Positions 11,302-19,544 of a stretch of DNA of 32,000 nt are shown piece after piece. The notes below the pieces were generated by a model. That model worked only from the letters and a program-made list of their open reading frames with translations. It did no database searches and had not been told where the DNA came from. Each line of letters begins with the position of its first letter. The first letter of the stretch is position 1. This DNA comes from Saccharopolyspora rhizosphaerae (GTDB lineage Bacteria > Actinomycetota > Actinomycetes > Mycobacteriales > Pseudonocardiaceae). Where the stretch lies: NCBI RefSeq assembly GCF_003931915.1, contig NZ_RSAA01000016.1:133392-165391 (forward strand), in the 5' to 3' direction. The position numbers and the translations under genes were made by a program.

Positions 11302-12564
11302 TCACTTCGGTTCGAGGACCTCGCGGCCGCCGAGGAACGGGCGCATCGCTTCCGGGACCCGGACCGAACCGTCGGACTGCTGGTGGTTCTCCAGGATCGC
11401 CACGATCCACCGGGTCGTCGCCAGCGTGCCGTTGAGGGTCGCCGCGAAGCGGGTCTTGCCGTCCGCGTCCCGGTAGCGGGTGTTGAGCCGCCGGGCCTGG
11501 AACGTGGTGCAGTTCGAGGTCGACGTCAGCTCGCGGTAGGTCTGCTGGCTGGGCACCCAGGCCTCGCAGTCGAACTTGCGGGCCGCGCTGGAGCCGAGGT
11601 CACCGGCCGCGGTGTCGATCACCCGGTAGGGCACCTCGATCTTGGCGAGCATCTCCTCCTCCCACGCCAGCAGCCGCTGGTGCTCGTCCCGGGAGTCCTC
11701 TTCCCGGCAGTAGACGAACATCTCCAGCTTGTTGAACTGGTGCACGCGGATGATGCCGCGGGTGTCCTTGCCGTAGGAGCCGGCCTCGCGGCGGAAGCAC
11801 GTCGACCAGCCCGCGTAGCGCGCCGGCCCGTCACCGAAGTCCAGGATCTCCCCGGAGTGGTAGCCCGCGAGCGGGACCTCGGAGGTGCCGACCAGGTAGT
11901 AGTCGTCCTCCTCGAGCCGGTACACCTCGCTGGAGTGCGCTCCGAGGAAACCGGTGCCGTCCATGATCTCCGGGCGCACCAGCACCGGCGGCACGACCAG
12001 GGTGAACCCGGCGGCGGTGGCCTGCGCGGCGGCCATGTTCAGCAGCGCCAGCTCCAGCTGCGCGCCCACACCGGTGAGGAAGTAGAAGCGAGCGCCGGAG
12101 ACCTTCGCGCCGCGCTCCATGTCGAACGCACCGAGCGCGTTGCCCAGCTCCAGGTGGTCCTTGACCTCGAAGTCGAACTCCGGGGGGACGCCCACGTGCT
12201 TGAGCACCGCGAAGTCGTCCTCACCGCCCGGCGGCACGTCGGGTTCGACGACGTTGGAGACGGCCTTCTGCAGCCGCAGCAGCTCGGCGTCGGCGTCCGA
12301 CTGCGCGGTCTCGGCCTCCTTGACCTGCGCGGCCAGTTCCTTGGCCCGGGCCAGCAGCGCCTCGCGCTCCTCGCCCTGGGCCTTGCCGACCTGCTTGCCG
12401 AGCTGCTTCTGCTCCGCGCGCAGGTCGTCCGCACGGGAGACCGCGGACCTGCGACGCTCGTCGGCGGACAGCAGCGCGTCCACCAGGGACTCGTCCTCAC
12501 CACGTGCGCGCTGCGACGCGCGCACCGCTTCCGGATCCTCGCGTAGCGTCTTCAGGTCGATCAC
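11302..12564 (-). CDS. serS: Seryl-tRNA synthetase
   Basis: The 420-aa product has the N-terminal coiled-coil arm ([22 protein letters not shown]) and class II core motifs ([42 protein letters not shown]). The start is GTG. Confidence 0.97.
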   Translation of the reverse strand: MIDLKTLREDPEAVRASQRARGEDESLVDALLSADERRRSAVSRADDLRAEQKQLGKQVGKAQGEEREALLARAKELAAQVKEAETAQSDADAELLRLQKAVSNVVEPDVPPGGEDDFAVLKHVGVPPEFDFEVKDHLELGNALGAFDMERGAKVSGARFYFLTGVGAQLELALLNMAAAQATAAGFTLVVPPVLVRPEIMDGTGFLGAHSSEVYRLEEDDYYLVGTSEVPLAGYHSGEILDFGDGPARYAGWSTCFRREAGSYGKDTRGIIRVHQFNKLEMFVYCREEDSRDEHQRLLAWEEEMLAKIEVPYRVIDTAAGDLGSSAARKFDCEAWVPSQQTYRELTSTSNCTTFQARRLNTRYRDADGKTRFAATLNGTLATTRWIVAILENHQQSDGSVRVPEAMRPFLGGREVLEPK

Positions 12565-12688
12565 AGCTGGTCAGCGTAGCCGCCTCACCGGACCGCGACA
12601 TGCCCAGGGTGCCCACACCACCTCCGACGCCGTTTCCGCAGGAAACCTCCGCCCGGGAGCGCCTGGCACCGCCGAGCGGAGGGACCGA

Positions 12689-13852
12689 TCACTGCGGGAT
12701 CCGGTGCGGCACGAACGCCGCGCCGTCGTCGGTGATCAACCCGGCGGTCTCCCGGATGCCCAGGCCCGCCGACTCGTCCCCGACGATCCACGCGCCCAGC
12801 GCGGGACGCATCCCGTCGAACTCGGGCAGCGGGTCGAAGGCCTGGTAGACGAAGCCCTCTTCGCCGTAGAAGCCGCCGGTCTCGGTCTCCCAGCCGGGCG
12901 CGGCGATGGTGATGTTGTTGCCCTCCCGACCCAGTCGCGGCTTGCGCACGTACTCCGTCAGCAGCCCGGGCTGGTCGAGGTAGGTGGGCAGCAGGTTGGG
13001 GTGGCCGGGGTGCATCTCCCACAGGATCGCCAGCAGCGCCTTGTTGGACAGCAGCATCTTCCACAGCGGCTCGATCCACTGGGTCGCTGGCAGCGTGTTC
13101 ACCGCGTGCTTGCCGAACTCGTCGTCGACCATCCACTCCCACGGGTAGATCTTGGTGACGGTGTTCATCGGCGCCTCTTCGAGGTCGACGAACCGCTCCA
13201 GCAAGCTGTCCCAGCCGATCTCCTCGATGGCCAGCCCGACGGTGTTCAGACCGGCCTCGGCGGCGGTCTCCTGCAGGTAGGCAGCGGTGAGGTTGTCCTC
13301 ACCGGTGTGCTCCTGACCGGACCAGGTGAAGTGCACCTCGTTCGTGGCCAGCTGCAGCTTGACCTCGGCCCAGCGCTCGACGAGCTTCTCGTGGATGGAG
13401 TTCCACTGGTCGTCGCCCTCGTGGACCTCGGTCAGCCAGTGCCACTGCACGACCGCCGCCTCCAGCAGCGAGGTCGGCGTGTCGGCGTTGTACTCCAGCA
13501 GCTTCGCCGGACCCGTCCCGTCGTAGCGCAGGTCGAAGCGGCCGTAGAGGTGCGGGTCGCGACGACGCCACGACTCGGCGATGTGCGGCCACACCCACTC
13601 CGGGATGCCGAAGTCCTTGTAGCGCTCGGTGGTGATCACGTGGTCGACGGCGTCCAGGCACATCGAGTGCAGCAGTTCGACGTCGGCCTCCAGCGAGAGG
13701 ACCTCGTCCAGGTCGAACTCGTAGTGCACGCCCTCGTCCCAGTAGGGCCGCTTGCTGCCGTCGGCAGCGCGCGCCGGTGTCCCGAAGACGAGGCCGAGCT
13801 CCTCGACCTTCTGCTGCCAGTCCGGGCGCCGATCCTCGGTCTTGCGCTTCAC
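12689..13852 (-). CDS. Glutathionylspermidine-synthase-family ATP-grasp ligase (YgiC/YjfC-like, synthetase domain only)
   Basis: The 387-aa product from GTG 13852 matches E. coli YgiC in length and N-terminus (RPDWQQKVEELGLVF versus RPDWREKAHEYGF, from memory) and contains YGRFDLRYDGTGPAKLLEYNADTPTSL. The GTG lies 5 nt after the upstream stop. The track ORF is open to 14248, but that part is a shadow over the upstream gene. Confidence 0.85.
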   Translation of the reverse strand: MKRKTEDRRPDWQQKVEELGLVFGTPARAADGSKRPYWDEGVHYEFDLDEVLSLEADVELLHSMCLDAVDHVITTERYKDFGIPEWVWPHIAESWRRRDPHLYGRFDLRYDGTGPAKLLEYNADTPTSLLEAAVVQWHWLTEVHEGDDQWNSIHEKLVERWAEVKLQLATNEVHFTWSGQEHTGEDNLTAAYLQETAAEAGLNTVGLAIEEIGWDSLLERFVDLEEAPMNTVTKIYPWEWMVDDEFGKHAVNTLPATQWIEPLWKMLLSNKALLAILWEMHPGHPNLLPTYLDQPGLLTEYVRKPRLGREGNNITIAAPGWETETGGFYGEEGFVYQAFDPLPEFDGMRPALGAWIVGDESAGLGIRETAGLITDDGAAFVPHRIPQ

Positions 13853-13856
13853 CCGC

Positions 13857-14525
13857 TCAGCTCCCGCTGCCGCCGGACTTGCTGGAGATCCCGAACCCAC
13901 CGCGCTGGATGGTCGAGCCCTTGGTGTCCTTGATCGTGGTGCCTGAAGGCTTGTTGAACGACGACCCCGGCACGGTCGAACCGACACGCGGGGCGGGCGA
14001 ACCCGCCGGGGTGTAGGCGTAGCGGTACGACGGGACCGGCGGGCCACCGAGGAACAGCGGCATGAACACGAAGCCCGAGTGGTGGTCGACGTAGCCACCC
14101 TGGCTGCGCACGTAGTTCTCGTCGCAGTTCTGCGGATCCGCGGCGACCGCCTGGCCGTTCTGGTCCTGCGCGCAGTACTGCTGCGCCGCGTTGGCCTCGG
14201 CGCTGACCTCGGACGCCGTGTACATCGCCGCCACCAGCGCGACGACACCGACGGTCGCCCCGCCGCCGATCAGCGCCTTGCGGCGCTTGGCCGTCTTCGC
14301 AGCGGCCGCGGCCTGCTCGGCCCGCTCGGCCTCGGCGCGGCGCTGCTCAGCCATCTGCCGGGCCTTCTGCTCGGCGAGGGTGGGCTCGCGCGGCGCGGTG
14401 CTCTCCGGGTCCTGGTAGCGGATGCGCCCCTGCGCGTCCGCAGGCACCTGCTGGGTCGGTTCTTCCGGGGAGGAGTCCCCCTGCTGTCTCTCGTTGTCAG
14501 ACACTGGCTTGCCATTCTCCGTCAT
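13857..14525 (-). CDS. DUF1190 / YgiB-like protein with an N-terminal cytoplasmic region and a single TM helix
   Basis: The C-terminal half resembles E. coli YgiB as I recall it (FVFMPLFLGG, and the terminal GSTIQRGGFGISSK versus RGGFGES). A TM helix is ALIGGGATVGVVALVAAMY. I prefer ATG 14525 (GGGAG 9 nt upstream) to the TTG at 14555. Confidence 0.7.
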   Translation of the reverse strand: MTENGKPVSDNERQQGDSSPEEPTQQVPADAQGRIRYQDPESTAPREPTLAEQKARQMAEQRRAEAERAEQAAAAAKTAKRRKALIGGGATVGVVALVAAMYTASEVSAEANAAQQYCAQDQNGQAVAADPQNCDENYVRSQGGYVDHHSGFVFMPLFLGGPPVPSYRYAYTPAGSPAPRVGSTVPGSSFNKPSGTTIKDTKGSTIQRGGFGISSKSGGSGS

Positions 14526-14641
14526 CGCCCAACTCCCAGACGCAACAGTACTCAAAGAAGGGACGCCGACGGCAACGAATCCGTTCCTTTCCTCTCCGTT
14601 TCCGGCGCGGACTGCGGCAGCGCACGCGCGCGCCAGGCATC

Positions 14642-15649
14642 ATGTGTTCGATGGTCCCGCCCGAACGCACCCCCGGAAGAAGCCGCCGGAAGCCGCCCAA
14701 CGCCACGTTGGTGATGGTCGCGGCCGCGATCGGCGCCCTGCTGATCCTCACGGTCAGCATCCTGCTGAACTGGCCGATGGAGTCCAGCAAGGTCGGCGGT
14801 TCGGCCGGGGTGGGCGAGGCGCCGGCGCCGAAGGTCGTCTTCGAGACCAAGGCCGGCGAGTGCCTGAACTGGACCGAACCGGACGCGGCCGACATCCGCA
14901 AGGTGACCTGCGAGGAACCGCACCTGTTCGAGGTGACGGGACCCTACGACCTGCGTGAGTTCCCGCGGAACGCCCCCTTCCCGAGCACCGCGCAGTGGCA
15001 GGAGATCAAGCAGCAGCGCTGCATCGAGGTGTCCAACCAGTTCCTGGGCGGCCGGCTCGACGAGGAAGGGCGCTTCACCGTCGGCGCCTTCACCCCGAGC
15101 CAGGAGGGCTGGGCCGACGGCGACCGCACCCTGCACTGCGGGCTCCAGCAGCCGGGACCGTCCGGGAAGCTGTTCCCGATCAAGGGCAAGGCGGCGGAGA
15201 TGGACCAGTCGAACGTCTACCCGGCCGGCCGCTGCCTGGGCATCAGCGGCACGCGGGTCTGGGACCCGGTGGACTGCTCGCGGCCGCACGCCGTGGAGCT
15301 CTCCGCCGTGGTCAACCTCGCAGAGCAGTTCCCGGACAACTACCCCACCGAGAACGACCAGGACGGCTTCCTGGCCACCAAGTGCGAGGAGCTGACCGCG
15401 GCCTACGCCGGCGGGCCGGAGGTCGCCAAGGACAAGGGTCTGATCGTCTACTGGGACACCCTGTCCGAGGAGAGCTGGGCGGCGGGGTCCCGACAGGTCA
15501 ACTGCAAGCTCAGCGCGCAGCTGCCCGACGGCAGCGGCCTGGCGCCGGTGACCGGCAGCGTGAAGGGTCAGGTCCAGGTCGGCAGGGCTCCGGCCGGCCG
15601 GCCGCCGCAGCCGACCGAACCGGGGGCGCCCGCGACGGAGCCGCGCTGA
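14642..15649 (+). CDS. Membrane-anchored septum-formation-family protein (Rv3835-like) with a duplicated 4-Cys domain
   Basis: It has an N-terminal TM helix (LVMVAAAIGALLILTVSILL). Two repeats carry the C...C.EPH...C...C pattern (GECLNW..VTCEEPHLFEV..QRCIEV..LHCGL and GRCLGI..VDCSRPHAVEL..TKCEEL..VNCKL). The tail is Pro-rich. Confidence 0.75.
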   Translation: MCSMVPPERTPGRSRRKPPNATLVMVAAAIGALLILTVSILLNWPMESSKVGGSAGVGEAPAPKVVFETKAGECLNWTEPDAADIRKVTCEEPHLFEVTGPYDLREFPRNAPFPSTAQWQEIKQQRCIEVSNQFLGGRLDEEGRFTVGAFTPSQEGWADGDRTLHCGLQQPGPSGKLFPIKGKAAEMDQSNVYPAGRCLGISGTRVWDPVDCSRPHAVELSAVVNLAEQFPDNYPTENDQDGFLATKCEELTAAYAGGPEVAKDKGLIVYWDTLSEESWAAGSRQVNCKLSAQLPDGSGLAPVTGSVKGQVQVGRAPAGRPPQPTEPGAPATEPR

Positions 15650-15999
15650 TGCCGGTGGAGATGACCCGCGCCCGCTTCGAGGAGCTCGTCAGCGACGCCC
15701 TCGACCGGTTGCCGCCCGAGTTCGCGAAGGCGATGAACAACGTGGTCGTGCTGGTCGAGGACTCCCACCCCGAGGACGCCGAACTCCTCGGGCTCTACGA
15801 GGGCATCGCGCTCACCGAGCGGGACCACACCTACAACGGCGTGCTGCCGGACACGATCACGATCTTCCGGGAACCGCTGCTGACGATGTGCGAGGACGAG
15901 GAGGAGGTCGTCGAGGAGGTGGCGATCACCGTCGTGCACGAGATCGCCCACCACTTCGGGATCGACGACGAGAAGCTCCACGAGCTCGGCTGGGGCTGA
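15649..15999 (+). CDS. Zincin-like metallopeptidase-fold protein (DUF1025 / Rv3836-like)
   Basis: The 116-aa product carries the HExxH motif in VVHEIAHHFG. Its ATG overlaps the upstream TGA by 1 nt (TGATG at 15647-15651). Confidence 0.8.
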   Translation: MPVEMTRARFEELVSDALDRLPPEFAKAMNNVVVLVEDSHPEDAELLGLYEGIALTERDHTYNGVLPDTITIFREPLLTMCEDEEEVVEEVAITVVHEIAHHFGIDDEKLHELGWG

Positions 16000-16037
16000 G
16001 CCTCTCCTGGTGGATCGCCTTGCTGGGCGGTGCCGGT

Positions 16038-16094
16038 GGTAGGACCTGAGCGGTGCGAGGTGAGTCCCCACACCTGGAACAGCGGCTTCGCCGC
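16038..16094. repeat. Intergenic repeat, copy A (same family as 21486-21659)
   Basis: The sequence is GGTAGGACCTGAGCGG followed by GTGCGAGGTGAGTCCCCACACCTGGAACAGCGGCTTCGCCGC. It shares the GGTAG(C)AGGACCTGAGCGG prefix and the core ...TGAGTYCC.CACCTGG....GCGGCT.. with two copies near rsrA. Confidence 0.6.
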
Positions 16095-16135
16095 GGAAAA
16101 GCCTTCCGTGTTCAGGTTGGTTCGCTCGGCCGGGT

Positions 16136-16720
16136 TCAGCCGACTTCTCGGCCTAGGTGGGCCATGAGGCGTTGGGTTTCGCTTGCGCCCTCGGGTGGGG
16201 TTGTGGGTGGGGCGAAGCCGCCTGGCCTGCGCATCTTCTCCTCGGGTGCGGAGTCGATGAGGGAGTGGCAGAACTTCAGCAGGTCTTCGGGCAGCTCGAC
16301 CGTGCGTCCGCAGCTGCGGTGCAGGTCCCAGGCGTGGAGGGCGAGGTCGGCGACCGGGAACTGCAGCGCCCGGTGCAGCGGCAGTTCGCCGCCCGGCGAG
16401 GGCCGCGGTGACTCCAGGTCGGCGTGCGGCAGCGCGCGCCCGATGCGGCCCCGGATCTCGCGCAGCTCGGCAGCCGGGTCGTCGCGGATCCAGTCGGTGG
16501 GCTCGGACGGCGCCAACCAGGCCTCGCCGCCCTCCAGCAGCACGGCGAGTTTCGTGGCGCTCCCGGTGACGTGCCCGACCAGCTCCCGCACGGTCCACTC
16601 GTCGAGGTTGGACGGCGCGTCCCAGCGCTCGGCGGGCACCAGCTCCACGGCGTCGACGAAGAAGTCCAGCGCCGCAAAGGCCACCGCGCCGATCGGCGCA
16701 TCGCTCCCGGTCATGCGCAT
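16136..16720 (-). CDS. DinB-fold, mycothiol-dependent maleylpyruvate-isomerase-family protein (TIGR03086-like)
   Basis: The N-terminal region (FFVDAVELVPAERWDAPSNLDEWTVRELVGHVTGS) matches the actinobacterial MDMPI_N/TIGR03086 pattern. The start is ambiguous (ATG at 16720 or 16714; the ORF is open to 16744). Confidence 0.72.
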   Translation of the reverse strand: MRMTGSDAPIGAVAFAALDFFVDAVELVPAERWDAPSNLDEWTVRELVGHVTGSATKLAVLLEGGEAWLAPSEPTDWIRDDPAAELREIRGRIGRALPHADLESPRPSPGGELPLHRALQFPVADLALHAWDLHRSCGRTVELPEDLLKFCHSLIDSAPEEKMRRPGGFAPPTTPPEGASETQRLMAHLGREVG

Positions 16721-16840
16721 CACCGTAGAACGCGACCCCGACACCCGCCGACTTCCCAGCTGCCTCCCAGCTCGATCACGGGGTTCCCCCAGCCAGCCCC
16801 TCTAGCGTCGACGTCGCCGAACAACGCTGGGGGAGGTCCT

Positions 16841-17731
16841 GTGCGACGCGACCGGACACCGTCGAGATCCACCTACCAGGGACGACCGCTGGCCAGACCC
16901 GACGACGACGTCGTGGACCAAGGCCTGGGGTTCGACCTGGGCACGCTGCGGGGACGACGCCGGGTGCTGCAGGCGCTCGGCCTCGGCGCGGCAGCGGCCG
17001 GACTGGCCGCCTGCGGCCCGCCGGCCGGCGCGGGCGGCACCACCAGCCCCGGAGAGATCCCGGAGGAGACCGCGGGTCCCTACCCGGCTGACGGCTCCAA
17101 CGGCCCGGACGTGCTCGAGCGCAGCGGCATCGTCCGGCAGGACATCCGCACCAGCTTCGGCGGTCCGAGCGGCGTCGCCGAGGGCGTCCCTCTCACCTTG
17201 GAGCTGACCCTCACCGACCTGGCCCACGGCGGTGCGCCGCTGAGCGGAGCCGCGGTCTACGTGTGGCACTGCGACCGCGAGGGCCGCTACTCGATGTACT
17301 CCGAGGGCATCGAGGGCGAGAACTACCTGCGCGGCGTCCAGATCGCCGACGCGCAGGGCGCGGTGCGCTTCACCAGCGTCTTCCCGGCCTGTTACGAGGG
17401 CCGCTGGCCGCACGTCCACTTCGAGGTCCACCCCGGCCAGGCCGACATCACCGACGCGTCGAAGACGATCGCCACCTCGCAGGTGGCGCTGCCGGAGGAG
17501 GTCTGCGACACCGTCTACGCCCAGCCCGGCTACGAGACCTCGGTCGCCCACCTCGCCGAGGTCAGCCTCGACGGGTACGTGGTCTTCGGCGACGACGGAG
17601 CCGGTGTGCAGCTGGCCACCGTCACCGGCGCTGTGACGACCGGCTACACCGCCGCGCTGCACGTCGCACTCGACACCCGCACCGAACCGGGCGCCGGCGC
17701 ACCACCTCCGCCACCTCCCGGACGGCGCTGA
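16841..17731 (+). CDS. Intradiol-dioxygenase-like (Dioxygenase_C fold) protein, predicted Tat-exported lipoprotein
   Basis: The GTG at 16841 has GGGGGAGG upstream. A Tat motif (RGRRRVLQALGLGAAAAG) is followed by the lipobox LAAC. The core contains ETAGPYP, VYVWHCDREGRYS and YEGRWPHVHFEV. The C-terminus is Pro-rich. Confidence 0.75.
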   Translation: MRRDRTPSRSTYQGRPLARPDDDVVDQGLGFDLGTLRGRRRVLQALGLGAAAAGLAACGPPAGAGGTTSPGEIPEETAGPYPADGSNGPDVLERSGIVRQDIRTSFGGPSGVAEGVPLTLELTLTDLAHGGAPLSGAAVYVWHCDREGRYSMYSEGIEGENYLRGVQIADAQGAVRFTSVFPACYEGRWPHVHFEVHPGQADITDASKTIATSQVALPEEVCDTVYAQPGYETSVAHLAEVSLDGYVVFGDDGAGVQLATVTGAVTTGYTAALHVALDTRTEPGAGAPPPPPPGRR

Positions 17732-17804
17732 ACCGGCCGCCCCTCCGGGTGAGGGGGACAGGTGATCAGCAACCGCAGAGGGGCTGTGCCGCGAGCTCGG
17801 GTCG

Positions 17805-18449
17805 CTAGAGCAAGCCGTCCCAGGTCAGGCATCGCCAGCCGGTCCGCGTGGCGGGGTCCGACTCGATCACGATCAGGCCCGTGTTGGGCAGGTGCAACGC
17901 GTCGGCCTCCGCGCCGGTGACCTCGTCCACCAGCGCCCCGGCGACCAGCCGCAACATCGCGCCGTGGCTGACCATCACCACCGCGCCCGCCGACACGCCG
18001 TCCAGGGCGGTGCGGGCCCCGGCGAGGAACCGGGTGACCGCCTCCCGGCCCGACTCCCCGCCCGGCATCGGCACGTCGAGCTCGCCGCCGTGCCAGCGCG
18101 CGTAGACCTCGTCGAAGACCGCCAGCGCCGGGCCGCCCAAGCCCTCCAGCTCACCGACGAACACCTCGTGCGTGCCGTCGACCACCTGCACCGGCAACCC
18201 GAGCCGCCGCCCGACCGGTTCGGCCGTCTGCTGCGCACGCCGCGCGCGGCTGGCGTGCACCGCGACGATCTTGTCCTCCCGCTCGGCGAGCCGGTCCGCC
18301 AGCTCGTCGGCCTGCTGCTCCCCGAGCTCGGTCAACCCCGGCCCGGGGGGAAGCGTGTCGAGCAGCCTGGCGACGTTCGCCGGCGTCTGCCCGTGCCGCG
18401 CCAGCACCAGCCGGACACCGGCGGCGGCGGGCAGTTCGAACTCCGTCAC
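17805..18449 (-). CDS. Histidine phosphatase family protein (phosphoglycerate-mutase-like, Rv3837c-like)
   Basis: It carries the RHG motif in LVLARHGQTPANV and VMVSHGAMLR near the C-terminus. The GTG at 18449 overlaps the pheA stop (GTGA). Confidence 0.85.
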   Translation of the reverse strand: MTEFELPAAAGVRLVLARHGQTPANVARLLDTLPPGPGLTELGEQQADELADRLAEREDKIVAVHASRARRAQQTAEPVGRRLGLPVQVVDGTHEVFVGELEGLGGPALAVFDEVYARWHGGELDVPMPGGESGREAVTRFLAGARTALDGVSAGAVVMVSHGAMLRLVAGALVDEVTGAEADALHLPNTGLIVIESDPATRTGWRCLTWDGLL

Positions 18450-19369
18450 GCCAACCTCCCCGAGCGCACCGCGGCCAACCACTCCGCCGACTTGCGGAAC
18501 GCCTGCTCCGAGGCCCCCGGCCGCACTTGCGCGGGCGACCGGTCCGCCTTCGGGTACGAGCCGAGGAACCGCACCGAGTCGCAGCGCCGCTGCAGCGCGG
18601 CCAGCGCCTCCCCGATGCGCGCATCGGCCACGTGACCGTCGAAGTCCAGGAAGAAGCGGTAGTGCCCGAAGCTGTCCTTGACCGGTCGCGACTCGATGCG
18701 GCTCAGGTTGATGCCGCGCAGCGACAGCTCGGCCAGCATGTCCGCGAGCGTGCCCACCTCGTGGCTGATCACCGCGCAGATCGACGTCCGGTCCGCGCCG
18801 GTCGGCTCCGGCAGCGGGCCCGGCCTGCGGACCAGCAGGAACCGGGTGACCGCGTCGCGGACGTCGGCGATGCCGGTCGCCAGCCGCGACAGCGACGGGT
18901 AGTGCTCACCGGCCACCGGCGCCGAGATCGCCGCGTCGAACTCGCCCGCGGCCACGGCTGCGGCGGCCGCAGCGGTCGAGCTGACCGCGCGCACGTCGGC
19001 CTTCGGCAGGTTCTCGGTCAACCAGCCTCGCACCTGCGCCAGCGCGTGCGGGTGGCTGGCGATCGTCTCGACCTGGTCCAGCGCCGTCCCCGGCTCGGCC
19101 AGCACGTCGAACTGCACCGGGATCACGGCCTCCTTGACCGCGACCAGCGGATCGTCGGCGGTCAGCGCGTCGAGGGTCGCCGGGACCGACCCCTCCACGG
19201 AGTTCTCCACCGGCACCCCCGCGGCCAGCACGTCCCCCGAGCGCACGGCGGCCAGCGCGACCGGCACGGTCTCGCAGGGCACGAGGTCGGCGTTGAAGTC
19301 CGCGGTCAAGAGCCGGGTCGCTTGCTCGGTGAAGGTTCCCGGCGGGCCGAGGTAGGCGATTTCTGGCAC
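18446..19369 (-). CDS. pheA: Prephenate dehydratase
   Basis: The product starts MPEIAYLGPPGTFTEQA, contains the TRF motif (DAVTRFLLV), and has a C-terminal ACT domain (INLSRIESRP...YRFFLDFDGH). The start is GTG. Confidence 0.95.
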   Translation of the reverse strand: MPEIAYLGPPGTFTEQATRLLTADFNADLVPCETVPVALAAVRSGDVLAAGVPVENSVEGSVPATLDALTADDPLVAVKEAVIPVQFDVLAEPGTALDQVETIASHPHALAQVRGWLTENLPKADVRAVSSTAAAAAAVAAGEFDAAISAPVAGEHYPSLSRLATGIADVRDAVTRFLLVRRPGPLPEPTGADRTSICAVISHEVGTLADMLAELSLRGINLSRIESRPVKDSFGHYRFFLDFDGHVADARIGEALAALQRRCDSVRFLGSYPKADRSPAQVRPGASEQAFRKSAEWLAAVRSGRLA

Positions 19370-19544
19370 CCGCCCAGATTACGGGCCGCGCAAACCCGAT
19401 CTCCCCGGGCCACGTGAACGCTTTCCACCCGCTACCGGCCGGTTTCCACGCTCCGTGATCGTCACCGCCGGTCGGCCCCCGGCCAAAGGGGCACGTCGTC
19501 GCCGGTGTGACCTACCCAATGCCACTACGCGGCGCATTCCTGCG

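Noticed and set aside
14526-14555. A TTG start at 14555 for the DUF1190-like gene (the ORF-track start).
   Set aside because: The ATG at 14525 has a GGGAG Shine-Dalgarno about 9 nt upstream. The 10 extra codons from the rare TTG add nothing conserved.
19525-19540. A GGAAT on the minus strand upstream of pheA, and other GGAAT occurrences (6455, 7489, 25917, 28276), considered as extra SigR-type promoters.
   Set aside because: None has GTT at the required 18-nt spacing (17-18 nt in the SigH form). Only the site at 22903-22928 fits the consensus.
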